From the NCBI GenBank assembly GCA_963811165.1, contig CAWEQH010000010.1, forward strand, positions 1,117,676-1,181,675: a stretch of 64,000 nt of DNA, written 5' to 3'. The translations under genes were made by a program, and so were the position numbers. Shown here in pieces: positions 56,885 through 64,000 of this stretch (the first letter of the stretch is position 1; the number at the start of each line of letters is the position of its first letter). Below the pieces are notes generated by a model, which was not told where the DNA came from, did not search any database, and worked only from the letters and a program-made list of their open reading frames with translations. This stretch comes from an uncultured Nitrospiraceae bacterium. GTDB lineage: Bacteria; Nitrospirota; Thermodesulfovibrionia; Thermodesulfovibrionales; UBA6898.

Positions 56885-57648
56885 TGATATCACTGAATCT
56901 TAAAAGGGCCTTCAGGGTATGGCAGCGGAATTTTACCGTATATACCAAGCTCTATCTTTCGAGCCTGGCGCTGAACTTTGTCGAGCCGATCCTCTACCTC
57001 GCTGCGATGGGTCTCGGACTCGGCGCCTTTGTGAAAGAGATAAACGGCGTGCCTTACGTTACATTCATCGCCTCCGGGATTATCGCCTCTTCTTCCATGT
57101 TTGCCGCGAGCTATGAGTGCACCTACGGTACCTATGTAAGAATGACCTTTCAGAAGACCTTTGACGCCATTCTCGCCACACCTGTGAACGTCGATGATCT
57201 GATTGCGGGGGAACTGATGTGGGGCGCAACAAAGAGCATGCTCTACGGAACGATCATCATGGCGGTCATCTCGGCCTTCGGCCTTGTCGCCTCGCCGCTT
57301 CTGGTACTTGCGATTCCCCTTCTTTTCGTAAGCGGCCTCATCTTTGCGGAAATAGCGCTGATATTCGTCGCAGTCGTACCCGGTATCGATTCCTTCAACT
57401 ATTTCTACACGCTCTTCATGACGCCGATGTTTCTCTTTTCGGGGATCTTCTTCCCGCTCGACAATTTGCCGCCGATTGTCATGAAGATCGCCTTCTTTAC
57501 GCCTCTTTATCACCTGGTAAATATATGCAGGTCCTTTGCCTCGGGCCACATTGCTGCTTCTGTGAAGGATATAATCTGGATTATCGCTGCCGTTGTTTTC
57601 CTCGCTCCCTATCCTTTTAGATTGATGAGGAAGAGGATAATCAAATAA
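56881..57648 (+). CDS. ABC-2 permease (NodJ-like)
   Basis: VWQRN, EPILYL, TPMFLFSGIFFP. Confidence 0.9.
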   Translation: MMISLNLKRAFRVWQRNFTVYTKLYLSSLALNFVEPILYLAAMGLGLGAFVKEINGVPYVTFIASGIIASSSMFAASYECTYGTYVRMTFQKTFDAILATPVNVDDLIAGELMWGATKSMLYGTIIMAVISAFGLVASPLLVLAIPLLFVSGLIFAEIALIFVAVVPGIDSFNYFYTLFMTPMFLFSGIFFPLDNLPPIVMKIAFFTPLYHLVNICRSFASGHIAASVKDIIWIIAAVVFLAPYPFRLMRKRIIK

Positions 57649-57854
57649 GGATGTACTTGTGATGCCTTCAATCACCAATACACGCTGCCACTTCCTTTCG
57701 ATAGAGGATAGTGAGATGAAGCCGCTGCCGCCCCGGCTGTCTTTGCTTGAGAGGCCGGTCCATGTCTTGAGTACCTGGCCGGTCTAAGTCCTTTGCGCTT
57801 TCATTCCATTATATTGCCTGATACAATATAAATAAGAATGGAAGGGAAAAAGAC

Positions 57855-58049
57855 ATGAAAATGCGGAAGATTAAAGAGATTGCAAAAAAGAAAGGCGTTG
57901 ATCCGGCAGCAATGAGCAAGACAGAACTGATTCGGGCCATTCAGAGGGTGGAAGGATATTCTGAATGCTTTGCGACTAAAAAAATAAACCAGTGTGAGCA
58001 GTTCGACTGCCTTTGGCGGGGAGATTGTGTAACGGCCCTTTCGGTGTAA
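57855..58049 (+). CDS. Small SAP/Rho-N-like protein with Cys-rich tail
   Basis: KTELIRAIQRVEG..CF...C.Q..CLWR.DC. Confidence 0.75.
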   Translation: MKMRKIKEIAKKKGVDPAAMSKTELIRAIQRVEGYSECFATKKINQCEQFDCLWRGDCVTALSV

Positions 58050-58063
58050 GCGTCGAACTTAGC

Positions 58064-58720
58064 ATGGATATCGTGTTGGATAGTATAGAAGTCCGTATTC
58101 TGGGCTGCCTCATCGAAAAAGAGATCACCACCCCCGAGTATTACCCCCTTTCTCTGAACGCCCTGACAAACGCATGTAACCAGAAATCAAACCGCAGGCC
58201 GGTCCTCTTTGTAGACGAATCAGCCGTATTAAAGGGACTCGACGGACTGCGGCAAAACGGACTCGCGCGTGAGACGCATGCACCGGGAAGCCGTGTCACC
58301 AAGTATCTTCATGAATTACTGTCCCTGTTCGATCTGTCGAGGCAGGAAACGGCGATCTGGTGCGAGCTGATGCTCCGAGGCCCGCAGACCCCGGGGGAAC
58401 TGCGCTCTAACGCGGGAAGGATGGCGCCCTTCGGAGATGCGGGTGAAATCGAAGAGACACTCCGGGGCATGATGGAACACGATCCGCCCCTCGTCACGCG
58501 GCTGCCGAGGGAACCGGGGAGGAAGGAATCGCGATACACGCATCTTTTCTCGCCTCAGACGGTTGAGGAAAAGACTGTCCCTGATTTGTATGCCGGGCCG
58601 GCGGGACTAGGGGCCACCACAAACGAAGCGATCGCAAGACTGGAAGATGAGATTGCACAGATCAGGAGAGAACTGGAAGAGCTCAGACAGGCCTTTGCCC
58701 AATTCAAATCACAATTCTGA
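58064..58720 (+). CDS. yceH: YceH/DUF480 family protein
   Basis: RILGCLIEKEITTPEYYPLSLNAL..ACNQKSNR, LMLRGPQTPGELR. Confidence 0.92.
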   Translation: MDIVLDSIEVRILGCLIEKEITTPEYYPLSLNALTNACNQKSNRRPVLFVDESAVLKGLDGLRQNGLARETHAPGSRVTKYLHELLSLFDLSRQETAIWCELMLRGPQTPGELRSNAGRMAPFGDAGEIEETLRGMMEHDPPLVTRLPREPGRKESRYTHLFSPQTVEEKTVPDLYAGPAGLGATTNEAIARLEDEIAQIRRELEELRQAFAQFKSQF

Positions 58721-58747
58721 GCTATCCATGGCGACGATACATAAATT

Positions 58748-58783
58748 TCCCGACTGCCTTGCAACAGCAAGGCAGCCGGGATA
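58748..58783. terminator. Hairpin between convergent genes
   Basis: TCCCGACTGCCTTGC-AACA-GCAAGGCAGCCGGGA. Confidence 0.6.
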
Positions 58784-58791
58784 ATTACAGC

Positions 58792-60225
58792 CTAATCTTC
58801 GTGTGAACCGCTGCTTTGGGGGATGGTAACGTGTGTTACCCAGCGATAATAGTGATTATCACCTGATTTTACGACAAGGACAAGGGTGTAAACTCCTGAG
58901 GGGAGGTCCGAGACAGGCGCCGTAAAGATGTTTTCGTTCACCCCGGTCACATTGTTCCTCCATGTGGTGAGCCTATCGAATTGGCTCGACGGTTGCGAGC
59001 TACCGCCGCTATCGTGCTCTCCGGAATCATCGCTGCGTTGACCGGAAATGTTGGACTGCTGGTCCTCGTTCACCGCTGCCGAGAGCTTCTTCAACCCGTT
59101 ATTTGAACTCATAAAATAGAGCTCATCGGATTCGAGGGTCGGCGCGTATATCACAAGAGAGACATTCACCGGCCCTGCAAACGGTCCGACCTGCACATTT
59201 ACGTCGATAGTATCTCCACCGCCGGCAACCGGCCCGACACCAATCGGTTCTGCCTTGGCAGGATCACTGCTCACTACAGGCTGGTCTATGGCCGAATACG
59301 AAAAGACCTTTTTAGAAGTGGGAGCAGGCATTGTCCCGTTCGTGGGAGGAGGCGTTACAGGCGGGACATAATTGCATACCTGGGTCAACACTGCTGTAGT
59401 CGGAGGCGTTCCCGTACACCCTGCCGGAGCGTTAGCCGCTGTCCTTGTCTGCTGACCGCTTGCGGGACAGACAGAGGGGGACCATGCCGAATATGTATAC
59501 CCCGTACATGCTACAGTAGACGGTGTGCATGACTGCGTCAACACTGCCGCAGTCGGAGGCGTTCCCGTGCACCCTGCCGGAGCGTTAGTTGCTGTCCTCG
59601 TCTGCTGACCGCTTGCGGGGCAGGTAGCGGGGGACCATGCCGAATATGTATACCCCGTACATGCTACAGTAGGCGGTGTGCATGACTGCGTCAACACTGC
59701 CGCAGTCGGAGGCGTTCCCGTGCACCCTGCCGGAGCGTTAGTTGCTGTCCTCGTCTGCTGACCGCTTGCGGGGCAGGTAGCGGGGGACCATGCCGAATAT
59801 GTATACCCTGTGCATGCTACAGTAGGCGGTGTGCATGACTGCGTCAACACTGCCGCAGTCGGAGGCGTTCCCGTGCACCCTGCCGGAGCGTTAGTTGCTG
59901 TCCTCGTCTGCTGACCGCTTGCGGGGCAGGTAGCGGGGGACCATGCCGAATATGTATACCCCGTACATGCGGTTGTACCTCCAGGACACCCTAAAGTGGC
60001 TATTGCGCCAGCGGGATTTGACGAGTGACTGGAGATGCCCGAGAAAGAGCTCCCATAACTGGTAAACGGCGGAGGACCTCCGGCCGGGTGACAACTGGTG
60101 CAACTCGTTCCCGAACATGCGGCTGAAAGAGCGGTCAAATACTGCGGTTGCGCGTGGGCAGTGCTCATTGACACGGCCACGAAAGCCATCGCAAACAGAA
60201 TTACTAAAAGTTTTCTACTACTCAT
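58792..60225 (-). CDS. Secreted protein: N-terminal CxxCH module, four 51-aa thrombospondin-like repeats, C-terminal beta domain
   Basis: AAGGAGG RBS, signal AHA, CTSCH, repeats CTGYTYSAWSPATCPASGQQTRT..GC..LTQSC. Confidence 0.8.
   Translation of the reverse strand: MSSRKLLVILFAMAFVAVSMSTAHAQPQYLTALSAACSGTSCTSCHPAGGPPPFTSYGSSFSGISSHSSNPAGAIATLGCPGGTTACTGYTYSAWSPATCPASGQQTRTATNAPAGCTGTPPTAAVLTQSCTPPTVACTGYTYSAWSPATCPASGQQTRTATNAPAGCTGTPPTAAVLTQSCTPPTVACTGYTYSAWSPATCPASGQQTRTATNAPAGCTGTPPTAAVLTQSCTPSTVACTGYTYSAWSPSVCPASGQQTRTAANAPAGCTGTPPTTAVLTQVCNYVPPVTPPPTNGTMPAPTSKKVFSYSAIDQPVVSSDPAKAEPIGVGPVAGGGDTIDVNVQVGPFAGPVNVSLVIYAPTLESDELYFMSSNNGLKKLSAAVNEDQQSNISGQRSDDSGEHDSGGSSQPSSQFDRLTTWRNNVTGVNENIFTAPVSDLPSGVYTLVLVVKSGDNHYYRWVTHVTIPQSSGSHED
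59372..59970. repeat. Four near-identical 153-bp tandem coding repeats
   Basis: TCAACACTGC recurs at 59385, 59538, 59691 and 59844. Confidence 0.95.
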
Positions 60226-60313
60226 GCTTCCTCCTTACAAAAGGTTTGAGGGATTTTTGTTCTGCTCATGCAGACCTAATTTTGGAATTAGCTTATATGT
60301 AAATTATTAAATT

Positions 60314-60390
60314 GAGATTAAAGGGAGATTAACAATACTTAATCTCCCTTACTGCCGCTGAATTTGCGAAAAAATACATGAGGGAGATTA
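60314..60390. promoter_or_regulatory. Candidate operator in a divergent promoter
   Basis: AAGGGAGATTAA-N6-TTAATCTCCCTT (60321-60350); GAGATTAA at 60314 and 60325; AGGGAGATTA at 60381 abutting TTGACA. Confidence 0.55.
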
Positions 60391-60429
60391 TTGACACTTG
60401 CCGTCGCTCATTGCTATCTTATTCACGCC

Positions 60430-61392
60430 ATGAAAAAAAGTATTTTTCTGATCTTTTTCTTAGTCCTTATTTTTTCGCCATTGCCGTCATTCGCCTTCGA
60501 AGGGCCGCTCCAGGTGAAAAACCAGTTCCCTCTCTTTCTTCACCTGGATGCGCCGGTCCTCGAATCTGCCGTCATGGAAAATTCCTTTTCGGCTGCGCTC
60601 TCCCATTCGAGTGTCTTTATGACGACGACCTCCGCGAATTGGTCCGTCAACTTAGACATGGAGATCACCGAACTCGATCTCAGGTTCAAAAAGGTCATCC
60701 CCGGTTTTTTTGAGGTCGGCATTGAAGTTCCGGTACTAAGCCTCGAAAGCGGGTTCATGGACAGCTTTCTGGACAGCTATCATAAGACCTTCGGGTTCCC
60801 TGATTACGGAAGGAGCACGAGACCGGCCAACAGTTTCCTTTACGAAGTCCGCAGAAATGGTACGCTCGTTGTTCAGGGGAAAAACGGAGCAATCGGGATA
60901 GGCGACGTCCGCCTGACCGCAAAAAAGGAGATATTCAGCAATGATCCGGTCATGAGCGTAAGGGCGGAGGTTGAGCTCCCTACGGGAGATGCAAAGGACG
61001 GTCATGGAAGCGGCGGAATCGATACAGGACTCACCCTCCTTATCGACAAGAGGATCAGCGAACGGTTCATGTCATACGGGAACGCCGGCGTGATATTCCC
61101 CGGCCCTCTGAAGGCCCTTCAGGACGTTGACCTTAAGACCTCATTTCACGCCGCTGCAGGCATAGAGGCCGCAATATGGAAACACTTCGGTATCCTCGGA
61201 CAAATCAGCTTTCAGACCTCACCCTTCCCGAAGATGGAGATAGGTTCGGTCGACAGGATAGCGGCGCTTCTCACCTTTGGCGGCAGATATATATCGGGGA
61301 AAAACTCTCTGGAATTCTCCCTTACCGAGGACCCCAATACCGCAGGCGCCCCGGACGTGACCTTCAACCTAACCTACAAAGGAAGGTTCTGA
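60430..61392 (+). CDS. DUF3187-like outer-membrane beta-barrel
   Basis: Signal, GPLQVKNQFP, LDME, GFMDSFLDSYH..FG, ELPTGD, TED, terminal F. Confidence 0.72.
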   Translation: MKKSIFLIFFLVLIFSPLPSFAFEGPLQVKNQFPLFLHLDAPVLESAVMENSFSAALSHSSVFMTTTSANWSVNLDMEITELDLRFKKVIPGFFEVGIEVPVLSLESGFMDSFLDSYHKTFGFPDYGRSTRPANSFLYEVRRNGTLVVQGKNGAIGIGDVRLTAKKEIFSNDPVMSVRAEVELPTGDAKDGHGSGGIDTGLTLLIDKRISERFMSYGNAGVIFPGPLKALQDVDLKTSFHAAAGIEAAIWKHFGILGQISFQTSPFPKMEIGSVDRIAALLTFGGRYISGKNSLEFSLTEDPNTAGAPDVTFNLTYKGRF

Positions 61393-61393
61393 G

Positions 61394-62320
61394 TTACAGG
61401 TTTAATTTTTGAGCAAGGAACCTCACCGCCTCGACGGACTTTTCAAAATCTCTCTTCTCCTGTTCATTAAGTGAAACCTCGACAACCTTTTCAACCCCTC
61501 CCCCGCCCAGCAATACCGGGACCCCCGTATATACCCCCCGCACGCCATATTCCCCGTCAAGGTATGCGGCACAGGGCAACATCCTCCTTTCATCAAAGAT
61601 GACCGACCTCACCATCTCGTACGCCGCGGCCGCAGGGGCATAATAGGCGCTCCCGGTCTTTAGCAGGGAAACAACCTCCGCGCCGCCGTTCTTCGTCCTT
61701 TCCACAAGTGCATCAATCCGATCGGCCCCCAGCAATAAAGGAAGCGAAACCCCTTTTACCGTGGTGAACCGCGGCATAGGGACCATCAGGTCGCCGTGAC
61801 CCCCAAGCACAAGCGCCTCGACATCCTGGGGGGAGACTCCCATCTCCCATGCGACAAAGGTCCTGAAACGCGCGGAATCGAGTATGCCCCCCATCCCCAT
61901 GACCCTGCGCGGGTCGAACCCCGAAACCTTCAGACTAAGCTGTGTCATGACATCCATAGGATTGGTCACGACAATAATCACCGATCGGGGGGAAAACTTC
62001 GAGGTGTTCTCTACGACGCCCGACACCACCTTCGCATTCGCAGCCGTAAGGTCGTCCCTGCTCATCCCGGGTTTTCTCGGGAAACCGGCAGTGACCACAA
62101 CGATGTCCGAATCGGCCGTATACGAATAGTCGTTGGTGCCGACGATGGAGGAAGACGATCCCCAGAGGGGACATGCCTCGGCAAGATCAAGGGCCTTGCC
62201 CTGGGGGACCCCCTCCGCGATATCAAAAAGTACTGCATCCGCGCTTCCGTTTTGAACGATCATCTGCGCAAGCGACGAGCCCACATGCCCGGCGCCGACT
62301 ACGGTAACCTTCTTTTTCAT
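61394..62320 (-). CDS. mdh: Malate dehydrogenase (LDH-like)
   Basis: GAGHVG, QGKALD, PRKPGMSRDDL, LDSARF, GGHGD, GSAYYAP. Confidence 0.95.
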   Translation of the reverse strand: MKKKVTVVGAGHVGSSLAQMIVQNGSADAVLFDIAEGVPQGKALDLAEACPLWGSSSSIVGTNDYSYTADSDIVVVTAGFPRKPGMSRDDLTAANAKVVSGVVENTSKFSPRSVIIVVTNPMDVMTQLSLKVSGFDPRRVMGMGGILDSARFRTFVAWEMGVSPQDVEALVLGGHGDLMVPMPRFTTVKGVSLPLLLGADRIDALVERTKNGGAEVVSLLKTGSAYYAPAAAAYEMVRSVIFDERRMLPCAAYLDGEYGVRGVYTGVPVLLGGGGVEKVVEVSLNEQEKRDFEKSVEAVRFLAQKLNL

Positions 62321-62335
62321 AATCATTCTCCTTCT

Positions 62336-63073
62336 TTATATCCGGGCTTTTATAAATTCCCTGTTCAACTTCGCAATGAACTTCACCTTGATCCCCTTCG
62401 GACATACCGCCTGACATTCGTAGTGGTTGCTGCAGTTGCCGAAGCCCTCTTTTAGCATAGCTTCGGTCATTATGCACACACGTCGGGCCGCCTCGACCTT
62501 TCCCTGGGGAAGCCTCGCCAGATGTGCCACCTTCGCAGCGGTAAAGAGCATCGCTGAGCCGTTAGGACAGGCAGCGATACATGCGCCGCAGCCTATGCAC
62601 TCTGCGGCATCCATCGCGGTATCGGCATCGGCCTTAGGGATAAGGACTGCATTGGCGTCCGGAACTCCACCCGTGTGGACGGATATATAGCCGCCGGACT
62701 GCATGACGCGGTCAAGGGCGCTTCGGTCCACGATAAGGTCTTTTATCACCGGGAACGCCTTTGCACGAAACGGTTCTATGTACAGCGTGTCTCCGTCTTT
62801 GAAGTGTCTCATATGGAGCTGACAGATAGTCGTCTTCTCCCTGGGCCCGTGGGGGACACCATTTACAACCTGGGAACACATGCCGCATATCCCCTCACGG
62901 CAATCGTGGTCAAATGCTATAGGCTCTTTTCCGCTTTTGATCAGGTCTTCGTTTACGACATCGAGCATCTCGAGGAAGGACATATCCGGAGTTATCTCCT
63001 TTGCGCAGTATGCCTCAAGCCTCCCCGGCCTCTCAGGGCCGCTCTGTCTCCAGACATAAAGGGTAAGGTCCAT
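62336..63073 (-). CDS. sdhB: Succinate dehydrogenase/fumarate reductase Fe-S subunit
   Basis: [23 protein letters not shown]....EC...CP. Confidence 0.95.
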   Translation of the reverse strand: MDLTLYVWRQSGPERPGRLEAYCAKEITPDMSFLEMLDVVNEDLIKSGKEPIAFDHDCREGICGMCSQVVNGVPHGPREKTTICQLHMRHFKDGDTLYIEPFRAKAFPVIKDLIVDRSALDRVMQSGGYISVHTGGVPDANAVLIPKADADTAMDAAECIGCGACIAACPNGSAMLFTAAKVAHLARLPQGKVEAARRVCIMTEAMLKEGFGNCSNHYECQAVCPKGIKVKFIAKLNREFIKARI

Positions 63074-64000
63074 TATTTATAACTCCTTACCGAAAGGCGA
63101 ACGTTTTCAAATACAAGCGGCTCCTTATGAAGTTCCGGCTCTCCGCCGGTCCCCTTGAACTCCCATGCCGAAACATAACAGAAGTTCTCATCGTCTCTTG
63201 TTGCCTCGCCCTCCTTTGTCTGGTACTCGACGCGGAAATGGCTGCCGCAGGACTCATTCCTTTGGAGGGCGTCGCGCGCCAGCAGCTCGGCGAATTCGAG
63301 AAAATCAGCTACCCGCCCCGCCTTTTCGAGTTCCTGGTTCAGGTCCTCTTGGCGCCCCGGGATTTTCACGTTCTCCCAGAATTCGGCCCGGAGTTCAGGA
63401 ATCAGCTTGAGGGCCAGCGTAAGGCTCTCCCGGCTGCGAGTCATGCCGACATGCTCCCACAAAATACTGCCCAGCTCCCTGTGGAACTCGTTTACCGTAC
63501 GTCTGCCGTTGATGGAGAGCAGTCTTTTGGTCAACTCCTCGGTCCCCTCGACAGACTGTACAAACTCGGGATGGCCGGTGTTCGCCGTGCCGGGTCTCGT
63601 CTTCGCCAGATAGTGCGCTATGGTATAGGGGATGATGAAATATCCGTCGGCAAGTCCCTGCATCAGCGCGCTGGCCCCGAGGCGATTTGCGCCGTGGTCG
63701 GAGAAATTGGCCTCACCGAGCACAAAGAGTCCGGGGATATTGCTCTGCAGATTATAGTCTACCCAGAGACCGCCCATGGCATAATGCGGCGCCGGGTAGA
63801 TGCGCATCGGCTGTCTGTAGGCATTTTCGTCGGTAATCTTTTGGTACATCTCGAAAAGGTTGCCGTAGCGTTCTCGTATCGTCTCCTCTCCGAGGCGCTT
63901 GACGGCATCGGCGAAGTCCAGGTAGACGCCCCGGCCGCTTGCGCCGACGCCTCGGCCTTCATCGCAGACCTCCTTCGCCGCGCGGGAAGATCTAGCGGAT
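63073..64000 (-). CDS. sdhA: Succinate dehydrogenase/fumarate reductase flavoprotein, 5' part outside the window
   Basis: Frame open from the window end ([21 protein letters not shown]), [27 protein letters not shown]. Confidence 0.95.
   Translation of the reverse strand, partial: SARSSRAAKEVCDEGRGVGASGRGVYLDFADAVKRLGEETIRERYGNLFEMYQKITDENAYRQPMRIYPAPHYAMGGLWVDYNLQSNIPGLFVLGEANFSDHGANRLGASALMQGLADGYFIIPYTIAHYLAKTRPGTANTGHPEFVQSVEGTEELTKRLLSINGRRTVNEFHRELGSILWEHVGMTRSRESLTLALKLIPELRAEFWENVKIPGRQEDLNQELEKAGRVADFLEFAELLARDALQRNESCGSHFRVEYQTKEGEATRDDENFCYVSAWEFKGTGGEPELHKEPLVFENVRLSVRSYK

Noticed and set aside
59372..59970. Tandem repeats as a CRISPR array
   Set aside because: 153-bp in-frame coding repeats with no unique spacers and no cas genes
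63990..64000. Last ~10 nt deviate from the expected SdhA PRD(I/V) motif
   Set aside because: Too short to distinguish a contig-end artefact from divergence
1..64000. tRNA/rRNA genes, sigma54 promoters, prepilin peptidase gspO
   Set aside because: None recognised by eye; gspO/pilD is presumably elsewhere in the genome

Overview
Chromosomal window from an anaerobic/microaerophilic Gram-negative bacterium. Gene content is most consistent with Nitrospirota (Thermodesulfovibrionia-like) or a Geobacter-like lineage; this is inference. The window is dominated by cell-envelope electron transfer. (1) A porin-cytochrome conduit (porin, 9-heme periplasmic cytochrome, two tandem OmcB-like ~11-heme lipoproteins; 10218-17088) sits back-to-back with a type II secretion locus (gspC-N). 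Its secretin carries a subtilase-prodomain-like tail, and the locus is interrupted by an ExtH-like rhodanese with an in-frame UGA at the catalytic position (probable selenocysteine) and an ExtI-like porin. (2) An ~10.6 kb minus-strand operon (45571-34994) encodes two cupredoxin-like paralogs (Gln vs Met axial ligand), a Cyc2-type cytochrome-porin fusion, a Q-loop-less cytochrome bd-like oxidase subunit, three membrane-anchored c/b cytochromes and accessory genes. This looks like a self-contained outer-membrane-to-terminal-oxidase chain for Fe(II)/metal oxidation and is the best candidate for an undescribed system. Also present: two octaheme cytochromes (one HAO-like), a heme-motif protein on four 51-aa thrombospondin-like repeats, a GEMM-I riboswitch, two copies of a covarying structured motif, palindromic repeat families, moeA x2, RACo, pepA, cls, mdh and sdhAB. 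Several single-base frameshifts, many in homopolymers, probably reflect sequencing error. All family assignments come from motif recognition by eye; no database searches were run.
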